64,000 nt of DNA from Acutalibacteraceae bacterium (GTDB lineage Bacteria > Bacillota > Clostridia > Oscillospirales > Acutalibacteraceae): contig JAZOLY010000005.1 of NCBI GenBank assembly GCA_045653445.1, positions 1,229 to 65,228 of the forward strand, written 5' to 3'. A program made the translations under genes and the position numbers. This document shows positions 9,649-19,975 of the stretch, in pieces (position 1 is the first letter of the stretch; each line of letters opens with the position of its first letter). The notes beneath the pieces were generated by a model that was not told where the DNA came from, did not search any database, and saw only the letters and a list, made by a program, of their open reading frames with translations.

Positions 9649-10494
9649 ATGAACAAAACTAAAATAGATTCAAGCAAGACAAGTTCCAGAATTGAAAACG
9701 TTTATAGCGGGTTTAGAACAACAACAGCAGGTGAATTTTTGTGTGAATTCCACTGCCACGATAATTGGGAAATTTATATTTATCTTGACGGTAACGTTAC
9801 CTACTATGTTGAAGATAAAGTTTATAATATGAAGTTGGGAGACGTTATAGTAATCCCCCCCGGAAAAATGCACCAATCCGTTGTAGATATACCAGAAGGC
9901 AAGCGATATGAAAGAATTGTTCTTAATCTCAACCCAACATATATAAATTCCACTATAGATCAAGACGAAAAGTTAAAGACCAAGTATAAAAAGTACATAC
10001 ATCAGTATAATTTTTTACTTAATTATGACGATGATGATTTTGTTTTTATAAAGAACCTCGCAATGCAAATAATTCAAACAAATCAAGATGATAATTACAG
10101 AAAAACCATGCTTAACGCATTTATTTACTCAATAGGAAGCAAGTTTGAGCATCCATCACTAAGCAGCACTTCGCACGAAGACACTTTGATATCCGACGTA
10201 ATTCAGTACATCAATCAGCATTACGTTGAACAACTGTCGTTAGATACCATTTGCGAAGAGTTTTACGTAAGCAAGTTTTATCTGAACCGACGGTTTAAGG
10301 AATACACGAAGCTGACTATATATGATTACATTCTGTCAAAAAGAATAGCCCTTGCAAGACGTTTGATTAGATCGGGCGTTACAGCTAATGAAACAGCTGA
10401 AAAGTGCGGTTTTGGTGATTATTCAACCTTTTACAGAGCATTTATTTCAAAAACAAATCAAACACCAAAAGAATTTAAAAATTCATTTAACTAA
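9649..10494 (+). CDS. AraC family transcriptional regulator (cupin sensor plus HTH_18)
   Basis: N-terminal cupin-like region (HCHDNWEIYIYLDG). The C-terminus carries a double HTH (ISDVIQYINQHY...LSLDTICEEFYVSKFYLNRRFK...ETAEKCGFGDYSTFYRAF). Divergent from the sugar operon. Confidence 0.88.
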   Translation: MNKTKIDSSKTSSRIENVYSGFRTTTAGEFLCEFHCHDNWEIYIYLDGNVTYYVEDKVYNMKLGDVIVIPPGKMHQSVVDIPEGKRYERIVLNLNPTYINSTIDQDEKLKTKYKKYIHQYNFLLNYDDDDFVFIKNLAMQIIQTNQDDNYRKTMLNAFIYSIGSKFEHPSLSSTSHEDTLISDVIQYINQHYVEQLSLDTICEEFYVSKFYLNRRFKEYTKLTIYDYILSKRIALARRLIRSGVTANETAEKCGFGDYSTFYRAFISKTNQTPKEFKNSFN

Positions 10495-10527
10495 AAAGAA
10501 CAAGGCATTCGTGCCTTGTTCTTTTTG
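10493..10527. terminator. bidirectional terminator between araC-like gene and pfkA
   Basis: AGAACAAGGCA / TGCCTTGTTCT stem with A and T runs on either side. Confidence 0.85.
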
Positions 10528-10529
10528 CA

Positions 10530-11498
10530 TTAGATAGATATAGTGTCAGCAATAGCGTGAAGGGTGTATTCATACTCTTTCTTTTCATTGAGAGCTTCAA
10601 ATATGTCCTTATTAACAATTTCGTCTTTAACAAGACACATAACGCGATTGCCGATTCCTTCTGCGAGCAAATCAACAGCCTTGTGACCCATAGCACTTGC
10701 AGTTACACGATCACGAACTGTGGGTGAACCGCCGCGCTGAACGTGACCAAGGATAGTTGCGCGAGCTTCAATATTGCAAACACGAGAAATCTTTTCAGCA
10801 ATGCCGTCAACATTACCAACACCCTCAGCAACAACAACTATGAAGTGCTTCTTGCCCATAAGCTGAGTTTTCTTGATTCTATCAACAACGTCGCGTTGGA
10901 AATCATAATTAACTTCAGGAACTAACACAGCAGTGGCACCAACAGCAATGCCGGTATGAAGAGCCATATAGCCAGCTCTTCGACCCATAACCTCTACAAC
11001 AGTGCAACGGTCATGAGACTGAGCAGTGTCGCGGAGCTTGTCAACCATTTCCATAGCAGTATTAACAGCGGTATCAAAACCGATGGTATAATCGGTAGAA
11101 GAAATATCGTTGTCAATCGTACCCGGGATGCCAACACAAGGAATACCACGTTCTGAAAGGTCACGTGCACCTCTGTAGGAGCCGTCACCACCAATTACAA
11201 CAATACCTTCTATTCCGTTCTTTTTGCAGTTAGCAATAGCAATCTGCAAGCCTTCCTCGGTTTTAAATTCAGGACAACGGGCTGTGTAAAGAATAGTACC
11301 GCCACGATGAATAATATCTGAAACTGAGCGCAAGTTCAAATCGATAATATCGTTTTCGATAAGTCCGGTATAACCACGCATTACGCCCTTTACGTTCATA
11401 CCTTTTTCAATAGCAGTACGAACAACAGCGCGAACAGCTGCATTCATTCCGGGTGAGTCGCCGCCGCTGGTCAGAACACCAATAGTCTTAATACTCAT
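10530..11498 (-). CDS. pfkA: ATP-dependent 6-phosphofructokinase
   Basis: IGVLTSGGDSPGMNAAVRAVVR, VVIGGDGSYRGA and PGTIDNDI motifs. 322 aa. Confidence 0.95.
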   Translation of the reverse strand: MSIKTIGVLTSGGDSPGMNAAVRAVVRTAIEKGMNVKGVMRGYTGLIENDIIDLNLRSVSDIIHRGGTILYTARCPEFKTEEGLQIAIANCKKNGIEGIVVIGGDGSYRGARDLSERGIPCVGIPGTIDNDISSTDYTIGFDTAVNTAMEMVDKLRDTAQSHDRCTVVEVMGRRAGYMALHTGIAVGATAVLVPEVNYDFQRDVVDRIKKTQLMGKKHFIVVVAEGVGNVDGIAEKISRVCNIEARATILGHVQRGGSPTVRDRVTASAMGHKAVDLLAEGIGNRVMCLVKDEIVNKDIFEALNEKKEYEYTLHAIADTISI

Positions 11499-11538
11499 TA
11501 TAAAAACACCTCGTGTTAAAGTAAAATGTTATCAATTT

Positions 11539-11567
11539 ACTATAATATGAAAAACATAAATTGTCAA
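11539..11567 (-). promoter_or_regulatory. sigma-A type promoter of pfkA
   Basis: Minus strand reads TTGACA, 17 nt spacer, TATAGT. Confidence 0.6.
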
Positions 11568-11589
11568 TCAAATGATACGATAATCCATA

Positions 11590-14500
11590 CTAATGCAACA
11601 ATTTTATATTCAATTTGCCGACAATATTTGCAAGTTCATCAAGTAGGGGCTGATTAACTGACACGCGCATATAATCAGGTGCTTTAAGCCTCTTCCCTGT
11701 TGATTTGTCAAGCAAATAAACATCAGTTTTTCCTTCAAATATTGAAAGTAATGACTTAACTCTTTTAAAACGCTCATCAATCATATTTTCAACCGTAATA
11801 AGAAGCGCGTTTTCAACATTTGAACTGTCATCTTTTTCAGGAATGTTTTGTGCGATTTCAGCGCTGAAAACAACAACCTCTGCAGGTCTGTCATCGTCGC
11901 AAGAAACAGTTCCTCTTATAACAATGGTTGCACCATGTTTTATAATATGACCGAATTTAACCAAGGCATTAGTAAATATAATCGCATTTATTGAGCCTGT
12001 GCAATCCTCAACAGATGCAGTTGCCATTTGTTTGCCGTTCTTAGTAGTTCGCAGTTTAAAAGACGTAACCTGAGCAACAAGAGTAACCGATTTATCATTA
12101 TAATTTACATTCAAATCATCAGAAACAATGTTTGAAATATCGGTTGCTTTTATCTTTTTGGCTAAGCCGTTATATGCCGTTACGGGATGTTCAGAAACAT
12201 AAAAGCCTACGCTTTCACGCTCATACTGTAGTCGTATGTCGCGAGGATAGTCAGCTAAAATCGGCAAAGATGAATCATCATTTATATCAAAGTTATTTTC
12301 ATCAAAAAGTCCAATCTGACCGGACATTTTACGATTAGATTTATTTGAGCAAGCCAACAGCACACTTTCAACCGATTCAAAATATCTTCGTCTGTTATTG
12401 TCAACAGAATCAAAAGCACCCGCCAAAATCAATGATTCAAGGGCGCGCTTGTTGATTTCGCAGTTATTCAATCGTGTACAAAAATCGTGCAAACCTTTAT
12501 AGTCACCGTTACGACGGCGTTCTGCAACAATTCTGTCAATAAGATTATTACCTAAATTACGAACGGTTAGCAATCCAACTCTAACTGCGTTTCCTTCCAC
12601 TGTAAAGCCTGCATCTGATCTGTTAATATCGGTAGGTAATATTCTTACGCCCATACGTTTACACTCGCCAACATATTGAGTGGTTTTATCCGTAGAATCC
12701 AAAACGCTTGAAATAAGCGCCGCCATATACTCAGCTTTATAGTGACACTTTAAATATGCAGTCTGAAATGCAATGTGAGCATATGCTGCAGCGTGGGATT
12801 TGTTGAATGCATAGGATGCAAAAGACATCATTTCATCAAAAATTTCACTTGCAGTTTTTTCATCAACGCCCTTTTTAAGTGCACCGCAACACTCATCGTC
12901 GCCATAGATAAAGCTGTTGCGCTCATTTTCAAGAACATCATGCTTCTTTTTAGCCATAGCACGACGAACAATATCTGCCCTGCCCAATGAATAACCCGCA
13001 AGGGTGCGGAAAACCTGCATAACCTGTTCCTGATACACAAGCACGCCAAAGGTAACGCCAAGGATAGACTCAAGCAAAGGCGTCTTATATTCTATTTTTG
13101 ATTTAAATCTGTTTTCAATATATTGAGGAATACTTTTAACAGGACCCGGTCGGTATAAGGAAGTAACCGCAATTAAATCTTCTATTCTATCAGGCTTTAA
13201 TTGTGAAAGAACCTTTTTGATACCTGCGGATTCAAACTGAAAAACGCCGTCAGTTCTACCTGCTGAAAACATTCTAAAGGTGTCTTTATCATCTAACGGG
13301 ATGTTATTTATATCAAAATCAGGCGTATGCTTTCTTATAAGCTCTTGTGCATTATCGATAACCGTAAGATTTCTAAGACCAAGGAAGTCCATTTTAAGCA
13401 ATCCAAGTTGCTCAATAGCGGTCATAGTATACTGAGTAACTATGGATTCATCACTTTTGGCAAGAGGAACGTAATCAGACACTGCATCGCGGGTAATAAC
13501 AACTGCAGCTGCGTGCTTTGATATATTTCTTGGCATACCTTCTATTCGCCTTGCAAAATTGATTATATTTTTTGCATTTGAATTTTGATAATACAGCTGC
13601 TTTAATTCGTTTGATTCTTCGAGTGCTTCGTCAAGGGTAATATTAAACACACGAGGTATAAGTTTTGCTATGTTATCACCCTCAGCGTAAGGCAATCCAA
13701 GCGCGCGTGTAACGTCTCTGATTGCAGCTCTTGCAGCCATTGTATCAAACGTTATAATCTGAGAAACTCGTTCTGCACCGTATTTTTGAACAACGTAATC
13801 AATTACCTCTTGCCTTCTGTCACGGCAAAAATCAATGTCAAAGTCAGGCATTGTTACACGCTCAGGGTTTAAAAAACGCTCAAACAAAAGATTGTATTTT
13901 ATTGGGTCAATATCAGTTATCCCCATACAGTAGGCACACAAACTGCCGGCGCCGCTACCTCTTCCGGGACCAACTGGGATTCCTGATTTTTTAGCGTAGT
14001 TAACAAAATCGGCAACAATTAAAAAGTAGTCCACAAAGCCCATTTGACTTATAACAGAAATTTCATATTCAAGCCTTTCAGTTAAACTTGTGTTAATATG
14101 AGCATAACGTTTTTCAAGTCCGTCCTTACAAAGCTTTGTAAAGTAATCCAAATGGTCTTGATCACCAATATCAAAATGAGGCAATATTGTTTTGCCAAAC
14201 TCAAATTCAAAATTGCATTTGTCGGCAATTTTTTGGCTGTTCTCAATCGCTTCTGGAATATCGGCAAACAGCTCAGCCATTTCACTTTCACTCTTTAAAT
14301 AAAACTCCTCTGTTTCAAATGCAATTCCGTCTGTATCGTCAACACTTTTACCTGTGTTTATCGCCAAAAGGACATTTTGCGTTTCACTGTCATCTTTATT
14401 AACGTAGTGAACGTCATTTGTAGCCACAACGGGAATATCTGCATCTGCAGACAACTTTTTTAGCAAGGGTAATATTCGCAATTCTTCTTTATAATAATGG

Positions 14501-15024
14501 TTTTGTAGCTCAATATAATAATCGTCGCCAAAAATTGCTTTAAATTGAAGCGCCGTTTTCAAAGCAAAGTCATACTCGTTTCTGAGCAGGGCTTTAGGTA
14601 CAGCGCCTGCAAGGCAAGCTGAAAGAGCAATTATGCCCTCACTATATTCTTTAATTAGGTCCATATCTATTCGTGGTTTATAATAAAAACCTTCCGTATT
14701 TGAAAGAGAAACCATCTTAATAAGATTTTTATAGCCTGTTTCATTCTTGCAAAGCAATATCAAATGATCATAAGTATTATCGAGACCCTTTATCTTGTCG
14801 TGGCGGGACCTGTTTGCAACGTAAACCTCGCAGCCAATTATAGGCTTGATTCCCCTATCGCAGCAAGCCTTATAAAAATCAACAGCTCCGTACATAACGC
14901 CGTGATCAGTAACCGCAAGCGCAGTTTGTCCAAGGCTAACCGCTTTATCAACAAGTTGATTTATACGGCAAGCCCCATCCAGCAAACTGTATTGGGTGTG
15001 AACGTGTAGATGTACGAAGCTCAT
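11590..15024 (-). CDS. dnaE: DNA polymerase III alpha subunit (DnaE type)
   Basis: The N-terminal PHP domain begins FVHLHVHTQYSLLDG. It contains the PDFDIDF catalytic motif, an HhH region and an OB fold. 1144 aa. Confidence 0.96.
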   Translation of the reverse strand: MSFVHLHVHTQYSLLDGACRINQLVDKAVSLGQTALAVTDHGVMYGAVDFYKACCDRGIKPIIGCEVYVANRSRHDKIKGLDNTYDHLILLCKNETGYKNLIKMVSLSNTEGFYYKPRIDMDLIKEYSEGIIALSACLAGAVPKALLRNEYDFALKTALQFKAIFGDDYYIELQNHYYKEELRILPLLKKLSADADIPVVATNDVHYVNKDDSETQNVLLAINTGKSVDDTDGIAFETEEFYLKSESEMAELFADIPEAIENSQKIADKCNFEFEFGKTILPHFDIGDQDHLDYFTKLCKDGLEKRYAHINTSLTERLEYEISVISQMGFVDYFLIVADFVNYAKKSGIPVGPGRGSGAGSLCAYCMGITDIDPIKYNLLFERFLNPERVTMPDFDIDFCRDRRQEVIDYVVQKYGAERVSQIITFDTMAARAAIRDVTRALGLPYAEGDNIAKLIPRVFNITLDEALEESNELKQLYYQNSNAKNIINFARRIEGMPRNISKHAAAVVITRDAVSDYVPLAKSDESIVTQYTMTAIEQLGLLKMDFLGLRNLTVIDNAQELIRKHTPDFDINNIPLDDKDTFRMFSAGRTDGVFQFESAGIKKVLSQLKPDRIEDLIAVTSLYRPGPVKSIPQYIENRFKSKIEYKTPLLESILGVTFGVLVYQEQVMQVFRTLAGYSLGRADIVRRAMAKKKHDVLENERNSFIYGDDECCGALKKGVDEKTASEIFDEMMSFASYAFNKSHAAAYAHIAFQTAYLKCHYKAEYMAALISSVLDSTDKTTQYVGECKRMGVRILPTDINRSDAGFTVEGNAVRVGLLTVRNLGNNLIDRIVAERRRNGDYKGLHDFCTRLNNCEINKRALESLILAGAFDSVDNNRRRYFESVESVLLACSNKSNRKMSGQIGLFDENNFDINDDSSLPILADYPRDIRLQYERESVGFYVSEHPVTAYNGLAKKIKATDISNIVSDDLNVNYNDKSVTLVAQVTSFKLRTTKNGKQMATASVEDCTGSINAIIFTNALVKFGHIIKHGATIVIRGTVSCDDDRPAEVVVFSAEIAQNIPEKDDSSNVENALLITVENMIDERFKRVKSLLSIFEGKTDVYLLDKSTGKRLKAPDYMRVSVNQPLLDELANIVGKLNIKLLH

Positions 15025-15033
15025 AGTAAATTC

Positions 15034-15867
15034 CTATATTTTGTCTGATATTTCAATAATATATTTTAGGCGCCGATTTACCGCAGATTTGCTGAGACCT
15101 GTAATTTCAGCAATTCTTGAAAGTGAAGCGTCCGGATTTTCAAGTCGTGCGTCAGCAACTCTTTTTGTTTCATCAGGCAAAGCGTCAAACATATTTTCAA
15201 ATTTAAGTTTTTCAATTGCAGCAACCTGAGATTCACCTGCATCAAAGGAACGTACATAGTTGGCAGTTTCAAAGTTAACTGCTCTGTTAATGTGATTCTT
15301 GTAGTCTTTTTCTACACGAATCTCCATCAACCCCAATGATGACAAAGGCGCTCCCATATATGTCATCAAATCCTCAACCTGAGTGCTGTTTTTAATATAA
15401 ACCGTAGCTTTTCCGTTAGATTTTTGAGTAATTCGCGGTTCAAATCCAACACTGTTTAACACGCCAAGCATCTTATTGGCGTCATCAACACCGTTAAGAT
15501 TAAAATCAATACGATAAGAACTTCCGGGATTGGACAACTGACCGCAAGCCAAAAACGCACCTCTGACAAATGCGGTGAAGCAACAATCTTTATTAGGCAA
15601 ACCAACGCTTACGCTATCCACCTCATTTGCAGAAAGCACATTATACATATCGCCCTTTAATTTAGTAACATCACAATCAATTCCGTTAGCGCGCATTCCG
15701 TGAGCAACGCGCTCCGCTACCGATAAATTGGACGTCTTAAAGGTTAATCGTCCGTCTTTTTTTATTTTTACGCCAAGCATAAGTCCCCAAAACTCTGCTC
15801 TTTTACAGCAACGCTTGTTCAACTTATGATTGCAGATTTCAGACTTGACCTCTGAACAGTATGACAT
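15034..15867 (-). CDS. whiA: DNA-binding protein WhiA
   Basis: LAGLIDADG-like middle domain (FVRGAFLACG) and a C-terminal HTH (LSRIAEITGLSKSAVNRRL). Sits in conserved context after rapZ. Confidence 0.85.
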   Translation of the reverse strand: MSYCSEVKSEICNHKLNKRCCKRAEFWGLMLGVKIKKDGRLTFKTSNLSVAERVAHGMRANGIDCDVTKLKGDMYNVLSANEVDSVSVGLPNKDCCFTAFVRGAFLACGQLSNPGSSYRIDFNLNGVDDANKMLGVLNSVGFEPRITQKSNGKATVYIKNSTQVEDLMTYMGAPLSSLGLMEIRVEKDYKNHINRAVNFETANYVRSFDAGESQVAAIEKLKFENMFDALPDETKRVADARLENPDASLSRIAEITGLSKSAVNRRLKYIIEISDKI

Positions 15868-15879
15868 AGCAGTCTCCGA

Positions 15880-16740
15880 TTAGTTTTTCTTAATATCACG
15901 GTGCTTGGTCGATGCATCGTATCCGTGACGTACAAGATGCTCCTGAATACACTTTGCAAAAGCGACAGAACGATGCTTACCGCCTGTGCAACCAAACGCA
16001 ATTACAAGCTGAGTTTTGCCTTCGTTTATGTAAAGAGGAATAAGATAGTCAATCAAATCAAACAGTTTACTCTTAAGAGCCTTTGCAGTAAGATTGTCAA
16101 AAACAAAATCATATACGTCTTTATCAAGACCTGTTTTATCCTTTAAATCCGAAATATAAAACGGATTAGGCAAGCATCTTACGTCAAAGCACAAATCTGC
16201 TGAGTCAAAGCTACCGTATTTGGTACCGTAGGAAACACACATAATATTTATCCCCTTACTTGGCTCATCAAGAAACAGTTTGTTGATTTGATTTTTAAGC
16301 TCTGAAGGAGCCAAAGAAGACGTATCTATAAAATACTCAGAAATGTGTCGAACAGGTGTAATAAGCTTGCGCTCAGTTGCAATAGCATCGGCAAGCATAC
16401 CATTGCAGCTATCAAGCAAAGGATGCTTTCTTCTTGTTTCTTTATAGCGCGACTGCAAAACGTGGTCAGAAGCATCAAGAAACATAATCTTGCAGTCGAT
16501 TGCAAGAGACTTAAGCTTGTTATATGCTTCATTCAAATCGGAATAAAGTTCACCGCCACGAATATCTATACCAAGTGCAACAGTATCCGATACTGCATCG
16601 GAATTGGCAAACAACTTGATAAACTCTGTTAGCATTGCAGGAGGAACGTTATCGATGCAATAATATCCGATATCCTCAAGGTATTCCATCGCCTTTGACT
16701 TACCTGAACCTGACATTCCAGTAACTACTACAAATTTCAT
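15880..16740 (-). CDS. rapZ: RNase adapter protein RapZ (YvcJ-type P-loop NTPase)
   Basis: Walker A VVTGMSGSGKS, plus the C-terminal CTGGKHRSV motif. ATGA overlap with the murB stop. Confidence 0.92.
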   Translation of the reverse strand: MKFVVVTGMSGSGKSKAMEYLEDIGYYCIDNVPPAMLTEFIKLFANSDAVSDTVALGIDIRGGELYSDLNEAYNKLKSLAIDCKIMFLDASDHVLQSRYKETRRKHPLLDSCNGMLADAIATERKLITPVRHISEYFIDTSSLAPSELKNQINKLFLDEPSKGINIMCVSYGTKYGSFDSADLCFDVRCLPNPFYISDLKDKTGLDKDVYDFVFDNLTAKALKSKLFDLIDYLIPLYINEGKTQLVIAFGCTGGKHRSVAFAKCIQEHLVRHGYDASTKHRDIKKN

Positions 16741-17645
16741 AAATCGTCACCTTCAAACTTTATTTCACATTGTAATTGCACACCGGTGTTTTTATAGACA
16801 GTATCTTTAATATGCTGAACAAGATTTTTAACATCGTTACTTGTTGCGCCACCGATATTTATAACAAAGCCTGCGTGCTTTTCGCTTACTTGTGCACCGC
16901 CGATTGTATAGCCTTTAAGTCCGCTCTGTTCAATAAGTGCACCTGCAAAATGGCCTTCAGGCCTTAAAAACGTACTGCCCGCACTTGGGTATTCAAGCGG
17001 CTGTTTTTCCTTTCTGCGACCAATATAATCGCACATAGAAGCCTTAATATCAGCCTTGTCGGACTTAGCAAATTTAAAAGTTGCGCCAAGCACATATTTA
17101 TCTCCTGAAGAAAAGAGACTGTGCCTATATGACAACTCCAGATCATTAACATCTGCGGTAACAATATTTTCACCATCAAAGTACTCACACTCAATTAAAA
17201 TATCGTTTACCTGGCCGCCGTAAGCGCCTGCATTCATACATACTGCACCACCGACTGAACCGGGAATCCCGTAAAGACGCTCTGCTCCCGAAAGGCTATT
17301 TTCATACGCAGTCACACAAAGCGCGGAAAGGTTTACACCGCAATCGCAATCGATAACGTCATCAAAAACGGTAAGCCTATTTAATTTAGATGTTGAAATC
17401 ACAACGCCTTTGTATCCGCCACTGCCAAAAACCATATCAGAGCCGTTACCAAGCACCATAAACCTTGCAGAATTTAATTTGCAGGATTTTATGACCTCAA
17501 CTAACTTTTCACGAGTGTCGGGAAAAAGCATTAAGTCACATTTTCCACCAATTTTAAAAGTAGTATATTTACTAAGCACTTCTTCTGTTGAAAAAGCACA
17601 GTAAATTGATTTTGCAACATCTATAATTGCATCATAATTAGGCAT
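16737..17645 (-). CDS. murB: UDP-N-acetylenolpyruvoylglucosamine reductase
   Basis: FAD-binding YTTFKIGG...LGNGSD, GIPGSVGGAV and PSAGSTF motifs. Start chosen at MPNYD behind RBS GAGGTGG. Confidence 0.92.
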   Translation of the reverse strand: MPNYDAIIDVAKSIYCAFSTEEVLSKYTTFKIGGKCDLMLFPDTREKLVEVIKSCKLNSARFMVLGNGSDMVFGSGGYKGVVISTSKLNRLTVFDDVIDCDCGVNLSALCVTAYENSLSGAERLYGIPGSVGGAVCMNAGAYGGQVNDILIECEYFDGENIVTADVNDLELSYRHSLFSSGDKYVLGATFKFAKSDKADIKASMCDYIGRRKEKQPLEYPSAGSTFLRPEGHFAGALIEQSGLKGYTIGGAQVSEKHAGFVINIGGATSNDVKNLVQHIKDTVYKNTGVQLQCEIKFEGDDL

Positions 17646-17656
17646 AAGCCACCTCA

Positions 17657-18625
17657 TCAATAATTAGTCCAATCGGTATCGTCACCCGCGTTGTAGGTAG
17701 TATCATCATCCATACCCAAACGCTTAAGCAACTCTTTTGCCGCATTATATCCCATCTTCTTTTGACGGTTATTCATTGCGGCAACTTCAATTATAACCGC
17801 CAGATTTCTGCCCGGTTTAACAGGAATTGTTAAACTTGGCAATGTAAGGCCCAATATTTCAGTAGTTTCATTATCAAGACCCATACGGTCATAAACTTTA
17901 TTTGAATCCCACTGCTCCATAGTAATGACCATATCAATCTTTTCCGTCTGCTTAACAGCACCCATACCAAAAATGCGCCTTGCATTTATGATTCCAATGC
18001 CACGAAGTTCAATAAAGTGACGGATATTATCAGGAGAAGTGCCTACAAGTGTTTTGTTTGAAACCTTGCGAATTTCAACGGCATCATCAGCAATAAGTCT
18101 ATGACCTCTCTTAATAAGCTCGATAGCAGTTTCACTTTTACCAACACCGCTTTCACCAATCAAAAGCAAACCTTCACCATAAACCTCAACCAAAACACCG
18201 TGCTGAGTTATACGAGGTGCAAGCTCAACGCTTAAATAAGATATTAAAGCGGCAGTGAATACAGATGTTGCTTCTTCGGTCAATAGCATAGGTACGTTAT
18301 AATCTGCCGCAATTTGTACCATAAAATCACTTACCGGTAAAGAACGAGTAATGATAACGGCAACAGGATTTTTTTCAACAAACTTTCTGAAGTTTTCTTT
18401 TGCCGTTTCTTCCCCGCTTCCCATAATGTATTCAAACTCAACCTTACCAAGCACCTGTATTCTTTTTGGATCAAAATGCTCAAAGAAACCGGCAAGCTGT
18501 AATCCCGGTCGATTTATATCAGCAGATGAAACCATTATTTCATCTGCGTTTTTGGGCAAAGACATAACCGTCAACGAAAAATCTTTTATAATTTTATTTA
18601 GTGAAACAGAATAAACAGTGCTCAT
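17657..18625 (-). CDS. hprK: HPr kinase/phosphorylase
   Basis: P-loop [25 protein letters not shown] and the signature ELRGIGIIN. Start chosen at MSTVY behind RBS GGAGGA. Confidence 0.94.
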   Translation of the reverse strand: [322 protein letters not shown]

Positions 18626-18703
18626 ATCTTCCTCCAAATAAATATAAATTATTCTAACTTATTATATAACATAATCTTAAAAAAGTAAAACCTTTTTATT
18701 AAA

Positions 18704-18732
18704 TTGACAACATATATTTATTGTTATATAAT
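18704..18732 (+). promoter_or_regulatory. consensus sigma-A promoter of the GT4 gene
   Basis: TTGACA (18704-18709), 17 nt spacer, TATAAT (18727-18732). Confidence 0.75.
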
Positions 18733-18753
18733 AATTTTAAGGAGTTGATACTT

Positions 18754-19947
18754 ATGGGACTCAAAATTGGATTACTAAACGACTCTTTTCCGCCTGCCAT
18801 TGACGGCGTTGCAAACACTGTAAAAGCTTATGCCGATATTCTGAGTAATGGTTGCGATGAGCCTGTTGTTATAACACCAAAATATCCGCACGTAAACGAT
18901 AATTATAGATACAAGGTATACAGATACAGTTCAATTCCTACAGATAAGCTTATCGGTTACAGAACGGGGAATCCTTTTTCACCTATTACCATCTCAGACT
19001 TAAACTTGGAAAATTTTGATTTGTTGCACGTACACTGTCCGTTTGCATCTGCAGTATTGGCAAGCTCAATCAAAACCTTTTCAAAAAAGAAAATTCCGTT
19101 GATTCTCACCTATCACACAAAGTTCGATATTGACATCGAAAAGCGAATCCATATTCACGGATTCAGACATATAGTAACAAAATTTGTGCTTAATAATATA
19201 AATAAAATGGATGAGGTTTGGGTAGTATCTGAAGGTGCAGGAAAAAACCTTGTTGATTTAGGTTACAAGGGAAAGTATATTGTTATGCCAAATGGCACCG
19301 ATTTTCCTAACGGTAAAGCAAATCAGGACGAGATTGATGCAATAAAAAAAGAATATAATATTGACCCCGACTGCCTTGTGTTTCTGTTTGTAGGCAGAAT
19401 GTTTTGGTATAAAAACATTGGACTTTCATTAGAAGCGTTAAAAATGCTTCAAGCCGACAATGTTAAATTCAAATTCATCCTTGCAGGTGACGGTGATGAC
19501 AGGCTTGCAATCGAACAATACACAAATCATTTAAATCTTACTGATAATGTTGTTTTTGCAGGTCCCATATATGATAGAAGTAAATTACGTGCACTTTACA
19601 GTGCTGCAGATTTGTTTCTTTTTCCCTCAACCTATGATACATCGGGTTTGGTTGTAAAAGAGGCTGCCGCTTGTCACTGTCCAAGTGTAGTAGTGGGTGG
19701 TAGTTGCGCCGCAGAGGGCGTTGAAGATAATTTTTCAGGCTATTTGTGCGAGGAATCTGCATCAGGTGTATACAGTGCTATTAAAAGAGCTGTTTCAGAC
19801 ACAACCAAACTAAAAGAGGTTGGTAACAACGCCAACAAGCACGTATATTATTCGTGGGAAGATTCAGTAAGAGCCGCAAGGCTAAGGTATGACGAGGTTT
19901 TATTTAACCATAACAAGCCTAAAAGAAAAGGTTGGTTTAAAAAATAA
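18754..19947 (+). CDS. glycosyltransferase family 4 (glycolipid-synthase-like)
   Basis: RBS AAGGAG. N-terminus MGLKIGLLNDSFPPAIDGVA. The C-terminus carries the GT-B EX7E-like region (FPSTYDTSGLVVKEAAAC). Confidence 0.8.
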   Translation: MGLKIGLLNDSFPPAIDGVANTVKAYADILSNGCDEPVVITPKYPHVNDNYRYKVYRYSSIPTDKLIGYRTGNPFSPITISDLNLENFDLLHVHCPFASAVLASSIKTFSKKKIPLILTYHTKFDIDIEKRIHIHGFRHIVTKFVLNNINKMDEVWVVSEGAGKNLVDLGYKGKYIVMPNGTDFPNGKANQDEIDAIKKEYNIDPDCLVFLFVGRMFWYKNIGLSLEALKMLQADNVKFKFILAGDGDDRLAIEQYTNHLNLTDNVVFAGPIYDRSKLRALYSAADLFLFPSTYDTSGLVVKEAAACHCPSVVVGGSCAAEGVEDNFSGYLCEESASGVYSAIKRAVSDTTKLKEVGNNANKHVYYSWEDSVRAARLRYDEVLFNHNKPKRKGWFKK

Positions 19948-19974
19948 AGAGGTGCGATGCACCTCTTATTTTTT
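19947..19974. terminator. bidirectional terminator (GT4 gene / decarboxylase operon)
   Basis: AGAGGTGC / GCACCTCT hairpin with a T-run on both strands. Confidence 0.8.
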
Positions 19975-19975
19975 A

